A DNA stretch of 30,766 bases from a virus (lineage: Duplodnaviria; Caudoviricetes): positions 1 through 30,766 of IMG/VR virus record IMGVR_UViG_3300047545_000399; one strand, 5' to 3'. Below, piece by piece: positions 16,451 through 26,258 of the stretch; the stretch's first letter is position 1, and each line of letters begins with the position of its first letter. The notes beneath the pieces are model-generated. The model was given only the letters and a program-made list of their open reading frames with translations, was not told where the DNA came from and did no database searches. Both the position numbers and the translations under genes were made by a program.

Positions 16451-19038
16451 TAGATTGCCCCCGCCGTGGTTTTAGGTGCGCCCGTTGGAATCGGTGGTAA
16501 CGGCGATCCGTCTAATGCTGGTCGTGTCGGCCAGCATCTTGCAGTTGGCGAACTAATAACAGTGTTACTCAACCCATTAGGCACACAAATTTCAGGCGCT
16601 TGCCCTGTGTGGCTTGGTATCGTTGTTAATGGCGTTAAGTTCGGATTTGCAAAAGTTTGATTGGTGAAAATGTTGCCACCGTGAATGACATTGCCGGATA
16701 AATTCTTGCGCGTTTGATAAAGCGGGTCGGTTGGCCCTTGTACTTCCGCAGTAAACCCCGGAGTTACGGGCAAATGATTGTTAGCAACCACGACAAAAGG
16801 CTTTGTTGACCATCCATAGGGAACTGGGTCGGTGTCCGAAGCGAACGCCTTTGGCATGGGGTCAGCAAGGCCACCAACAAAGCCAACAACGTTGTTAGCG
16901 TAATAACATGATGTGATCTGCCTGCGAAACCTAGCAAGAGATGTTAGTCCCATATTTTGCGGGTTTGTACCTACGTAAAATTTGGCTGCGTCATACAAAA
17001 ATGAGTTGTAAGCAATCCAGTTCTTACCCCATGTATGGCTCACTGAATCGCCGCCAGTGACAAACGCAAATCCATGCGTAGCAATAATCACATTGCTGTA
17101 AATTAAATTAGACGTCGTTCCTGTTTGATCTTGCGAAAACTCATCATGACCGCCGAAAAATAGCGGGTATCCAGATCGACTATTAAGAGGCGCAATATAC
17201 GGAGTGTTGCCGATTGGAGGGTAAATTTCAGTCCCAGCCTCAATCCAATTTGAATAAACCTCATTTTGCTTTGAGCGACTAGCCAAGCCGTTGCCACCAA
17301 AGTCATAAACAAAATTCCCCCAAAATTTTAATTTGTGATCAGGGTAGCTGTAGTTATCAAAGTTAACGTAACAATTATGGCTGTATGGCTCGGTGGTTTG
17401 CCAATCGCCAAGGCGAATCATTTTATTTCTGTAAATCTCTATTGACCCAGTGCCGAATTCGGTTTGCAAAACACCACCACCTGCGTCGTGCATGTAGCAA
17501 TCACGCACAATTGTATTGGCGCAAGTCGGCACTAAACACTGGACGCGGTTCTGGTTTACCAGTCCAACTCTTAAGGTGTACATGCCAACACTGCCGCTTG
17601 TAAACGCTGTTTTTGGCGGCAAGCTTGCGTCGTAGGTCTCGACAAACCCATCAGCTCTCGTTGCCGTGTATGGCGCGGCCCCCGGAAACACACCACCGGC
17701 AGCGCCAACCCATTTTAATACTGCGGTACGAACAGGAGCAGACGTAGCAGAGTGAATGGCTTTTAGACTAATCGCCGAATTAGCAGGAACTGTAATAGTC
17801 TGAGTTGTGCCGCCTTGGGTAATAGGTACAACAGGTGTTGTAGTTCCCCCGCTTGCAACAACATTAACCGTTACAATGCTATGACGCTCATTGGCGACGT
17901 GATGGCCGCTCGCTGCGGTAATCTCTAAGTTCTCAACAATGATGTGGTTGCCACGCAAGAATACTAAACGATACACGGGGTAGTCAGGGTCTCCCACATT
18001 TATATCAGATGTAGTCACCCCAATAACCGCACGCTGCGGATATGGTGTCGCCGACCTAATAGTGATAGGCATAGTCGCATGACCACAACGACGAATTTCA
18101 AACTGTTCGTAAGGAATCCCGCCGTTGTAATCAATTTCTACAGTATCGCCTGCACGAAGTAAATCTCTGCATTGATTGACTTGCGTATAGGTACGCGTCG
18201 GCCCAACTTGAAAGGTTTGTACTGCATTGCCAGCGCGTCGGTTATCATAAAAAGCGCCCCACCCACCTTGGCCGTAGTTAATCTGCCCTGATGCGGTTCT
18301 CGAATAAAAGGCCAATCCTGAACTTTGTCCATTTAACGCTGAGGCATCATTTGGGCCTGCCCCCGTGGTAAATCTGACGCGAAACTTATCGCCTTCGTTA
18401 ATTGGGTGAAATACGCCAGCCGCTAACCAGCCTGCATTGTTTATATTTATCCCTGCGCCCGTACCCGTTACTTGTATTTCTTTTACTTGCGAATAGTCTA
18501 AGCCAAGGGCGACAAACTCATCGCTCGTAATTTGCGTATTAGGGGCCACATCTAAAACAACAGGCAACCCAAATGTAAACGAGTTTGCGTTGACCCCCGG
18601 CATCCCCACGTTATCACTAGGCCCAAACCAAAAATACTTTTCTTCAGTTTCAACAAATCGCACCGCGACGTCTAAAGCAGCAGTATCACCAACAGTAATC
18701 GGCGCATCAGCAAAACCATCTACGCCAACACGCGAAATGCTCGCCTCTAAGTATTTGGTTGCATCACTTGCTGCTGCAATACGAATTACAACATCGCCCG
18801 CTGAAGCGGTAAAGGTTTGACTTGGCGTAACAACCCAACGAACTACTGTGTACTGCGCCCATTTCCGTTCGCTTAATTGATCTGCAATAGCAGGAGCAAC
18901 CGAAGTAGCCGTACAAATTACCGAGCCGCCACTACGAACAGTGATTGTGCTATTTGCTAATTGAGTCTTGAGTATTGATGCTCTTGCAGATGGCGCGCCG
19001 ACTAGCAAAGCGTTTAGTGCAGGACTAAATGTAATCAT
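16450..19038 (-). CDS. Right-handed parallel beta-helix protein (putative depolymerase/tailspike-like) with N-terminal virion anchor
   Basis: VGPTRTYTQV...LRAGDTVEI...PITIR, IIVENLEIT, IVRDCYMHD, SHNCYV and SRSKQNEVYSNWIE are typical of pectin-lyase-like beta-helices. Confidence 0.7.
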   Translation of the reverse strand: MITFSPALNALLVGAPSARASILKTQLANSTITVRSGGSVICTATSVAPAIADQLSERKWAQYTVVRWVVTPSQTFTASAGDVVIRIAAASDATKYLEASISRVGVDGFADAPITVGDTAALDVAVRFVETEEKYFWFGPSDNVGMPGVNANSFTFGLPVVLDVAPNTQITSDEFVALGLDYSQVKEIQVTGTGAGININNAGWLAAGVFHPINEGDKFRVRFTTGAGPNDASALNGQSSGLAFYSRTASGQINYGQGGWGAFYDNRRAGNAVQTFQVGPTRTYTQVNQCRDLLRAGDTVEIDYNGGIPYEQFEIRRCGHATMPITIRSATPYPQRAVIGVTTSDINVGDPDYPVYRLVFLRGNHIIVENLEITAASGHHVANERHSIVTVNVVASGGTTTPVVPITQGGTTQTITVPANSAISLKAIHSATSAPVRTAVLKWVGAAGGVFPGAAPYTATRADGFVETYDASLPPKTAFTSGSVGMYTLRVGLVNQNRVQCLVPTCANTIVRDCYMHDAGGGVLQTEFGTGSIEIYRNKMIRLGDWQTTEPYSHNCYVNFDNYSYPDHKLKFWGNFVYDFGGNGLASRSKQNEVYSNWIEAGTEIYPPIGNTPYIAPLNSRSGYPLFFGGHDEFSQDQTGTTSNLIYSNVIIATHGFAFVTGGDSVSHTWGKNWIAYNSFLYDAAKFYVGTNPQNMGLTSLARFRRQITSCYYANNVVGFVGGLADPMPKAFASDTDPVPYGWSTKPFVVVANNHLPVTPGFTAEVQGPTDPLYQTRKNLSGNVIHGGNIFTNQTFANPNLTPLTTIPSHTGQAPEICVPNGLSNTVISSPTARCWPTRPALDGSPLPPIPTGAPKTTAGAI

Positions 19039-19325
19039 TACTTGCGAACTCCTGCGCCATTATTTTGTTTTTCAGCTTCTTTTTGTACTGCAACTTCTTT
19101 GACGTACTGACGCAACCGCTCTAAAGACTTTGCATTTTGCAAAATCTCGTCTGCAATTTCCTTAGGGGTGCGGTGTTTCCCGCCGACACTTACGACCGTA
19201 TTAACATACATATTAGCGTGTTCATCGGGTGCGCCTTTGTGAGAGAGATCGACTCTTATTACCTTACCGGTAGGCTCATACGTTTTGAAAACGCCATTCC
19301 TAAAACTAAAATCAAGCTTAGACAT
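19038..19325 (-). CDS. Hypothetical protein (possible fibre chaperone)
   Basis: ATG at 19325 is preceded by GGAG (alternative ATG at 19340). Overlaps both neighbours. Confidence 0.6.
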   Translation of the reverse strand: MSKLDFSFRNGVFKTYEPTGKVIRVDLSHKGAPDEHANMYVNTVVSVGGKHRTPKEIADEILQNAKSLERLRQYVKEVAVQKEAEKQNNGAGVRK

Positions 19326-21825
19326 TTTTGAGTTCTCCATTTAAAACGTAAGGCGATACAGTCAGCGTTGAAGTTGCAACGTGATTTATACACTCAACAA
19401 ATACGCGGCCTGTCGCCGTAGCTACATCGCCACCCGATAGCAGTCCATTTAAGTAGTACGAAGGAACAGATGGCGCTGGAACTGCGAAAGGCTGTGCTGT
19501 TGCCGACGTATTGCTCAGAACCAATTGGCCGACCTCATAAACCCCTGCCGCTGTATTGAGTTCATAGCGAACTTTGTACTGAGCGCCCGCGCCTAGCGTG
19601 CCTGTGAGAGAGCCGCCGCCCATTGACACCAAAGCGGAGTATTGGTTGCCACAACTACTTGGGGCTGTTAGCGAAAGTGAAGCGTCAAGATTGGTAGCGT
19701 ATGCGCCTGCCGCATCAGACTTGGCTTTGAACGCAAGACCTACATAAACATCACGGCAGCATGAGTCTGCAAAGGTAGTTATGTTGCCGTCAACTTCCAT
19801 CGTGATAGTGCCGGTCGCACTATAAGCAGACGACATATAGGCGTTACAGACTGTTGTGGCAGTAGTTCCAAAGGGTCCTAGTAATATGTTGCCGCTATTC
19901 ACATCGGTAAGTTTTGTACCTCCAGTCCACGTCGCACCAAGACCGCCCGAGGAATTCCCAACGTGCCGAGAAGCAAGAACCCAATAAGTATTTGCATCGA
20001 ATGTAGGTAAGGACGCTGTTAGCGGAGTTTTCCCTGTTGTGTTAAGTGGGCCTGTTGAAAAGTTACCGACGCCGCCGGTAGAACCAATAAGCGCACCTGC
20101 TACTGTGCCCGCGCTAACATCGGCGTCGTTGGTTTTGTCAATAGTCCAAACGCATTGCGAAACATGATATATCCCTCCTTGAGCAGTGTTTGGATTAAAT
20201 TGCAAATTAAAGCCGCCAGTACCACCTCCCGGCCCAACTATGCCTGCCCATACTTGAATATATGCCCATGTTGGAAAGGCGACACAATTATTGGCCGCGG
20301 TACAAGTAGAAGTGGGATTTGTTTGGTCGCCCGCAACCTCTCTGCGAATCAGAGCAAAGTCAACAAGGTTTAGGCTTGCGTCGGCGGAGAATGGCGGGTC
20401 ACGCCCGTGATCGTTATAATCACTCGGTTGCTGCATTTCGATAGAGACAACAACCAAGTCACCCTCTGCATAAGTGGCAGAGCCGAATGGCACGTTAGTA
20501 ATTGCAGGCCAACCCTGAATTCCAGACCATGGCGTTCCCCAAGAATCAGCGCCAAATGCACCTTGCGCAACATTTTCCCACTCAATAGTTTTCTTAGGCG
20601 CAGCAGCACCGCAAACAGCAGCTAAATCAACAGCGCCACCGCGTGTTACTTGTGCAGGTACGTGAGCGATTGTCTGCTTGATTGCAAACTTCTGCGGAAC
20701 CATCTCGCCTGCAACGCAAGTCAGCCCAACGAACTCGTCCGCAGGGCACAACTCCACCGCTACCGCAGCAGCATCAGGGCATACCAACGGTGCAGGTACA
20801 GTAATATCATATCTACGATTAGTAGCAGACGGATCGCTATCAGGAACAGCGACGCCGTTAACGTAGACTTCGGTAGTCTCGACCGCAATATCTACTATAT
20901 GGCCTAGCGTACCTGATTGGACTACTCCGTCAGTCGAACCGTTCTTTGTTACTACTAGAGCGGGGGACGCTGGGATATTTACCTGATGCGTTTGCCCGTC
21001 AGTCTCAGTTAATAGTAGGTTACCGGCTGCGTCTAACGTTAAGTTACTTACGTTTACATCTACAGTTTGGGGTGGTAACGTAATCTCTGCAATGTGATTA
21101 GCAGTACCTGATTGAATAACGTTAGTCGCAGTGATGTTGTTACCCGCCGCGTCCTTGAGAATAATCTGCAAGGGGGGCTCAACTGGATCTGGTGGCAACC
21201 TTACCTCAACCGTATGATTAGCCGGTCCTGATAGCGTAACGTTTGTTGCAGTGATGTTGTTACCTGCACCGTCAATCAATCGAACACTAAGAGGCGTTTC
21301 AACCCAAGGGCCAATCTGCACTGAGAACGGGTAAACATCGCCGTTTGTTTCTGTAATGCTAAATGTCAGTTGTCCCGTGGCTGGGTTATAAACCGCGCCA
21401 ACAACCGACTGAATTTGAATATCTACAAGCATTGCCGACAAATCGACAATTGCGCACGAACCATCGTCACGCACAACCTGAATCTTATCTGTGCCTACTG
21501 GTGTAACAACCGTCGCGCCAGCAATAGCTGCTTTGACTAAATCGCAAAGTTCAGGCGTCGGAGCACAATTAAAGCTGCGATCTGGGCACGCTATCGTAAC
21601 GATTGCGTCCCATTGCGCTTTAGTAATTGCCTCCCCTTCACCATCAACATACGAAAACGCAAGGACCGTGCAGTCTTTATCAACAGTGCGCGTGTAAATT
21701 GCTTTACCTGCGCAACTATTGCCAACCGCATAGCACTTTTCTTCTGTGTATGTACCAGCAGCGCATTTAATGTCGCTTGCCGCACCTAAGTCTTGGGGCT
21801 TACAGCCCTTGCATTTCATAGTCAT
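19318..21825 (-). CDS. Large Cys-rich fibre-like virion protein
   Basis: 835 aa immediately after the major capsid gene. Starts MTMKCKGCKPQ, has internal 40-aa repeats and beta-rich C-terminal domains. About 22 Cys by hand count. Confidence 0.65.
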   Translation of the reverse strand: MTMKCKGCKPQDLGAASDIKCAAGTYTEEKCYAVGNSCAGKAIYTRTVDKDCTVLAFSYVDGEGEAITKAQWDAIVTIACPDRSFNCAPTPELCDLVKAAIAGATVVTPVGTDKIQVVRDDGSCAIVDLSAMLVDIQIQSVVGAVYNPATGQLTFSITETNGDVYPFSVQIGPWVETPLSVRLIDGAGNNITATNVTLSGPANHTVEVRLPPDPVEPPLQIILKDAAGNNITATNVIQSGTANHIAEITLPPQTVDVNVSNLTLDAAGNLLLTETDGQTHQVNIPASPALVVTKNGSTDGVVQSGTLGHIVDIAVETTEVYVNGVAVPDSDPSATNRRYDITVPAPLVCPDAAAVAVELCPADEFVGLTCVAGEMVPQKFAIKQTIAHVPAQVTRGGAVDLAAVCGAAAPKKTIEWENVAQGAFGADSWGTPWSGIQGWPAITNVPFGSATYAEGDLVVVSIEMQQPSDYNDHGRDPPFSADASLNLVDFALIRREVAGDQTNPTSTCTAANNCVAFPTWAYIQVWAGIVGPGGGTGGFNLQFNPNTAQGGIYHVSQCVWTIDKTNDADVSAGTVAGALIGSTGGVGNFSTGPLNTTGKTPLTASLPTFDANTYWVLASRHVGNSSGGLGATWTGGTKLTDVNSGNILLGPFGTTATTVCNAYMSSAYSATGTITMEVDGNITTFADSCCRDVYVGLAFKAKSDAAGAYATNLDASLSLTAPSSCGNQYSALVSMGGGSLTGTLGAGAQYKVRYELNTAAGVYEVGQLVLSNTSATAQPFAVPAPSVPSYYLNGLLSGGDVATATGRVFVECINHVATSTLTVSPYVLNGELKNV
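21070..21305 (-). repeat. Tandem 120-bp (40-aa) coding repeat
   Basis: VETPLSVRLIDGAGNNITATNVTLSGPANHTVEVRLPP / VEPPLQIILKDAAGNNITATNVIQSGTANHIAEITLPP. DNA gcagtgatgttgttacc recurs 120 bp apart. Boundaries are approximate. Confidence 0.85.
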
Positions 21826-21828
21826 TTG

Positions 21829-22908
21829 TTACACCGTGATAGGTACGTTAATCAAAGTTGCAGGACGCTTAACAATCGGGATGGCATTCATCTCGACTTG
21901 CGAACCCCGCCCTACGACCTGACGTGACTGGTCCTCAATGTCCCAATCGCGATAGAAGTAAAGCTGTGTTGGAGCCTGATTAACAGTAGCCAAGGTCATT
22001 GGCGAAGCTGCCAACAATTCGTACATCTCAACGCCTTGCGCCATGATCGGGATTGCGTGAGCCACGCCTTCGGCAATGAACGAAATAGGGTTAGCTGCAT
22101 CAAACGGATTGCAAACTTCTGGCTGCCATACTTCGCGGAACTCAACAGCACCGACTTGGAATCGACGAGCTAAACCGTTACCGATTGCAGCGCCTTGAAC
22201 CGCAGCCGACAAATCGCAGCAACGCTTCCACAACTCAACGTAACCAGGCAACGCAACAAGCTTGTCAAAGTCAGCGCTTGACAAGAACACCTTAGCACCG
22301 ATTACCGGAGCGCCCTTAGCTGCGTAGACCATCTTCTTGAGCAACTCGCTAACCCAGCCGTGCAGGTAGGTAGGCGCACTGTTGTTAGCTTGCAGGTCTA
22401 ACGGCAAGGTGTTTTGCGTTACGCCAAACTTTGCAAAGAGGTCTAACATAACAGTGCTTGCATCAGCATCTAAAACGATACCGCGAGTAACCGCCATCCA
22501 TTTGCGATAGGCTAAGGTCCACTCGATCGAGTCGCGCATAGTCATCACGCGCTTAGGCAAAATGTCGGTTAAGTCCATTAAGCCGGTTTGCGCAAAGCCA
22601 ACGGCTAGTTCAACATTGCCAGCAATATCGCACGCCATGATCTGATCTTTAAGAACAGTATGGGGTACATTGATTGGGCCAAAAACGAACTCATCAGTTG
22701 CTTTGACGTGCTGAACGTCAGATGGGCAGCACCACTTAGAGCTTGGTACTAAGCAGCGGTCCATCCCACTCACTTTAATCCACGCATCGCGGGTTGGAGT
22801 TCCTTTGAATTCAAACAAGTCAAGGTCTGCCAATGGGTCAACTCCGACCGGCATTTCGTTGATCATGTTGCTGATAAATTTTGCGTCATACGCACAGGTA
22901 AAAGCCAT
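21829..22908 (-). CDS. Major capsid protein (lambda gpE-like, HK97 fold)
   Basis: 359 aa after the decoration gene, with a strong AAGGAG SD. MRDSIEWTLAYRKWMAVTRGIVLDADASTVMLDLFAKFGVTQ and the C-terminal NAIPIVKRPATLI resemble the Phage_cap_E family. Confidence 0.88.
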   Translation of the reverse strand: MAFTCAYDAKFISNMINEMPVGVDPLADLDLFEFKGTPTRDAWIKVSGMDRCLVPSSKWCCPSDVQHVKATDEFVFGPINVPHTVLKDQIMACDIAGNVELAVGFAQTGLMDLTDILPKRVMTMRDSIEWTLAYRKWMAVTRGIVLDADASTVMLDLFAKFGVTQNTLPLDLQANNSAPTYLHGWVSELLKKMVYAAKGAPVIGAKVFLSSADFDKLVALPGYVELWKRCCDLSAAVQGAAIGNGLARRFQVGAVEFREVWQPEVCNPFDAANPISFIAEGVAHAIPIMAQGVEMYELLAASPMTLATVNQAPTQLYFYRDWDIEDQSRQVVGRGSQVEMNAIPIVKRPATLINVPITV

Positions 22909-22920
22909 TTTTTTAACTCC

Positions 22921-23328
22921 TTAAGCTAACTTGTTTACGCCGATGTTCAGCGTAAGCGCTTGTGCAACCAGCGCGTCTTTTTGAGCTGCGGTATAGCCCA
23001 CAGGAAACTTGATTTGCGACATACGCAATTTGCTCTCACGAACAACTACGCAAATGTCATTGCAAGCAAATACCGATGTTGCAGAACGATCAGCCGAACC
23101 GTATGCAAAACCAATTAACAAGTTTGCAGCATCAGCAGCGAGCAAAGGCTCGACGTTTACGCCGTTGAGCTTCAAAGGTTGTCCGTACTCGATAACGGTA
23201 GGTGCAACGACTGGGTAGGACTGGGTTGGGTTGAGTGGGCACTCGTTCCAGCAAAGCACTAATCCATCAACAGGTTCGCGGTCGCATTTTTGGGTGCCGC
23301 AGTCCCAGCTCGGTAATCCGTTAGCCAT
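22921..23328 (-). CDS. Head decoration protein (gpD position)
   Basis: 135 aa between the protease/scaffold and MCP genes. C-terminal IKFPVGYTAAQKDALVAQALTLNI resembles decoration proteins. Confidence 0.75.
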   Translation of the reverse strand: MANGLPSWDCGTQKCDREPVDGLVLCWNECPLNPTQSYPVVAPTVIEYGQPLKLNGVNVEPLLAADAANLLIGFAYGSADRSATSVFACNDICVVVRESKLRMSQIKFPVGYTAAQKDALVAQALTLNIGVNKLA

Positions 23329-23329
23329 G

Positions 23330-23737
23330 TTATTTCACTCCTTGAATAGTACGACCAGCCGCAGCAGCAAAACGTTTTTTCAAATCGTCTTTGCTTTCGG
23401 CTTTGGGTTCTTGTTTGGTTGCGCTTGCACCAGCCGACAAAGACGCTAAAAGCGCATCGGTAGTGGCAGCGGCTGAATTAATTGCTTGTGAGGCTTTCGG
23501 CGATACGCCTAAAATCTTCACCGCATCTTCAGCGCTTAAGTTCATGTCGAAAGCGAGTGTGTGCGCGAGTTGCTCGCGGCCTTCTGCTTCGGGGGATTGC
23601 ACGATCTGTTTAATACGATCACGCTCTTGGCTTGCACCAAGTTGTAAACCTTTTGCTTCGGCAGTCGCAGCAGCCTGTTGAGCGCTTGCTTGCGCCTCGG
23701 CCACCGCAACCATGTCAGCGTTTGCTTCTGTGGTCAT
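23330..23737 (-). CDS. Nested in-frame scaffold protein (lambda Nu3-like)
   Basis: Internal AAAGGA-N6-ATG (MTTEANADM...) right after the protease domain. Contains ERDRIKQI...EAEGREQLA as in Nu3-like scaffolds. Confidence 0.7.
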   Translation of the reverse strand: MTTEANADMVAVAEAQASAQQAAATAEAKGLQLGASQERDRIKQIVQSPEAEGREQLAHTLAFDMNLSAEDAVKILGVSPKASQAINSAAATTDALLASLSAGASATKQEPKAESKDDLKKRFAAAAGRTIQGVK

Positions 23738-24685
23738 GGTTTGTCCTTTGGAGGATTGTTGAGAAATAAACGCAGAAACTTTCGTGCTAACCGCTGCGTT
23801 AAACCGGTCTAAAACTTCATCAAACGACGCGATACCATCGATCATTCCTATTTGCAAAGCTTCTTCGGCGTCGTACACCTCGGCCTCGGTTGCCATCGCT
23901 GAATCTTTGTCAAAGCGTGAGCCGCGACCCACACCAACAGCCGCCGCAAACTTTGATCGAGTCTTGTCCAAACTCATCTGGATTTTGTCGGCCACGTCTT
24001 GAGGCAATGGCCCGAACTGGTTGCCATCCACCTTGTGTTTGCCGCTATGCAATAGGGTTACGGTACGGCCTGACGCTGCGAGCTCCGCGCTTCGATCAGC
24101 ATGAGCCACCACAACACCAATCGAGCCAATAGAAGCCGAATCTGGCGCGTAGATCATCTTTGCTTGCGAACCTGTAAGGTACGCAGCAGAGGCCATCAAT
24201 TCGTTCGCATAAGACCAGATAGGCTTGGCGTTAGCGTTGATGATGTTGGCCAACGCAAAAGCGCCGGATACTTCGCCGCCCGGCGAGTCGTAGTCAAGCA
24301 AAATGCCTTTGACGGTTTCATCTGCGTTTGCTTTTTCGATCTTTGCGCGCAGTCCGTCATATCCCTGCACGCCACTACTAGCATCCATAGAGCCGCCCTT
24401 GTGAACCAGCGAACCTTCTGCGCTGATAACAGCAATGTCGCCAAACTTTGCATAAGGCATGTACTTGTAGCCACCGTCTTGCTTTAGTTCAAAACGACGC
24501 TCGCGAACTTGATACGATTCCGCATATTCCGCAGGCTTTTCGATCACTGCATCAGCAGTCACCAATTGCCCAAAGCCTTCGCGTCCGGTTAAGTATGCAA
24601 TTGCAAAAGCTGCATAACTCGGTTCAAGTAAAAGCGGCGTGTTAAAAGCTCGCTGCATGAGGCGCATGTGAATGTTTTTACTCAT
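23330..24685 (-). CDS. S49-family capsid maturation protease/scaffold (lambda gpC-like)
   Basis: AFNTPLLLEP, ILLDYDSPGGEVSG, MASAAY, IGSIGVV and HSGKHKVDGN motifs, with an Ala/Gln-rich scaffold C-terminus. Confidence 0.93.
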   Translation of the reverse strand: MSKNIHMRLMQRAFNTPLLLEPSYAAFAIAYLTGREGFGQLVTADAVIEKPAEYAESYQVRERRFELKQDGGYKYMPYAKFGDIAVISAEGSLVHKGGSMDASSGVQGYDGLRAKIEKANADETVKGILLDYDSPGGEVSGAFALANIINANAKPIWSYANELMASAAYLTGSQAKMIYAPDSASIGSIGVVVAHADRSAELAASGRTVTLLHSGKHKVDGNQFGPLPQDVADKIQMSLDKTRSKFAAAVGVGRGSRFDKDSAMATEAEVYDAEEALQIGMIDGIASFDEVLDRFNAAVSTKVSAFISQQSSKGQTMTTEANADMVAVAEAQASAQQAAATAEAKGLQLGASQERDRIKQIVQSPEAEGREQLAHTLAFDMNLSAEDAVKILGVSPKASQAINSAAATTDALLASLSAGASATKQEPKAESKDDLKKRFAAAAGRTIQGVK

Positions 24686-26258
24686 CTTCTGTTCCAGTTG
24701 TTCCGTTTTGACCCGACTCGTTTACAGACTGGCGACTCACAGCGGTTGCGGACAATCCACGACGCTGTAACTCGTTGTTCCATTCTTCATGGTCATCGAG
24801 CATGTCGTCCATCGACACGCCGGCCTCGTTTGCTAATTGGTATGGGCTGATTGTTTTATTCATGAGCCCGATGTTTTGTGCAGTACGTTCGCCAACAGAA
24901 TCCCAGACGGGCTTGGGTGATCCGATCCAATCGCAATTAGTCAGCAAGTCCCGCGATTCCATCCAGTTAAGACCAGCAGGCGGGGTAATGATTCCGCGCA
25001 GAATCGCCTCGTCTAACCACGCCTTAAACATGCCGGTTGCAAGCGGGTTAATCAGCAGCGCTCGATCTGACTTGCAGCGCTCCCAAAACTCGGCCTGCTC
25101 TGCTTTTAAAGAGCTAAAGCTTGCGCCAGTCCAATCTTGTGAAACGCTTGAATAAGAGCCACCAAAGCCGCTGCTAATCTCTCGCTTTAGTTCTTTGTTG
25201 AACTCCCCGATAACAGCAGATCCGCGTTCGCCTTTTAGCTGCCCGATCTTTTCGCCGGGGAACAAATGCGTGATTCGAGCACCGTCATATTCAATCGCGT
25301 TGAGTTGTGCCCACTGGCTTTGTGATTCCCATTGGGCTTGGAATGTCCCGTCTTGAGCCCCTAACGCTTTAAAGGCCGACTCTTGACCAAACTGCGACTC
25401 GACGTAAAAGCTCATCATCGCGTTAACGATTGCGCTCTCAAGTTCTGCGCTTGTCATCTGATCGGCTTGTTTGATACGCTCGATAACAGACGATAAACGA
25501 CTAATTCCGCGAGTCTGTTCACCGCCCTTTGATAGCTCAAAGACGTGGAAAACGTTCTGAAAGTCGCCGCTAAACTTTGGGTAGTAAGCGGGTAGCCTGT
25601 TGTTGATCTGCTTAGCTAATCCATTGGGCGAATTGGGCAAAATGTAATAACCAATCGCCTCGCCAAAAGGGCCAACATGGATACCTCGACGAACGTCACG
25701 GTTCGCAACCTCTGCACCTTGACTCGATAGACGGTCGCCATCAATTAAATTAAACGAGGTCGCATACTTAAAAGACGATCTGCGCTGTAATCGGTTTGGC
25801 AAAAACTCGCGCATGGCAATTGCATCACCCGATAGCCACGCATCAGCATAAGCCGCACGCAAAAACCCTACGAGGTTAGTCCGACCGCTCGCATCGATCT
25901 GGTTATCGTTGCTCATTGCGTAGCTGTTCCAGCGCCGCTGTACTGCTAAAGACCAGTCGGTTGCTACCTCTCGACTAATCCCAAGAGTGCGATAGTCAGG
26001 ACGCAAATCTAATTTGTATTGGTAACCGACGACGCGATCACAAAGAGTCCGAAGCGCACCTTGAATCAATCCGCTGTTTCTGAACAAATCATGCGCACGA
26101 GCAATTAAGGTATCGCTGTCTTGGGTGATTGCTTTTTCTGACGTAACAAGCTTTGGACGCCAGTTGGCCATCGTGCGCTTAGTGCGGCTCGCCCCGTCAT
26201 AGCCGATCTTGCTAGCTGGGAAAGCTTGGCCGTTTTGATCGAGCAACGAATCAGCCAC
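24678..26258 (-). CDS. Portal protein, lambda family
   Basis: Likely GTG start at 26258 (MADSLLDQNG...). GYDGAS, LIARAHDLFRNS, EQTRGISRL, SQDWTGASFSS and WIGSPK motifs. Confidence 0.93.
   Translation of the reverse strand: MADSLLDQNGQAFPASKIGYDGASRTKRTMANWRPKLVTSEKAITQDSDTLIARAHDLFRNSGLIQGALRTLCDRVVGYQYKLDLRPDYRTLGISREVATDWSLAVQRRWNSYAMSNDNQIDASGRTNLVGFLRAAYADAWLSGDAIAMREFLPNRLQRRSSFKYATSFNLIDGDRLSSQGAEVANRDVRRGIHVGPFGEAIGYYILPNSPNGLAKQINNRLPAYYPKFSGDFQNVFHVFELSKGGEQTRGISRLSSVIERIKQADQMTSAELESAIVNAMMSFYVESQFGQESAFKALGAQDGTFQAQWESQSQWAQLNAIEYDGARITHLFPGEKIGQLKGERGSAVIGEFNKELKREISSGFGGSYSSVSQDWTGASFSSLKAEQAEFWERCKSDRALLINPLATGMFKAWLDEAILRGIITPPAGLNWMESRDLLTNCDWIGSPKPVWDSVGERTAQNIGLMNKTISPYQLANEAGVSMDDMLDDHEEWNNELQRRGLSATAVSRQSVNESGQNGTTGTEDE

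Noticed and set aside
7522-21825. Diversity-generating retroelement or invertible fibre cassette
   Set aside because: No reverse transcriptase, invertase, inverted gene segments or near-identical template/variable repeat pair seen.
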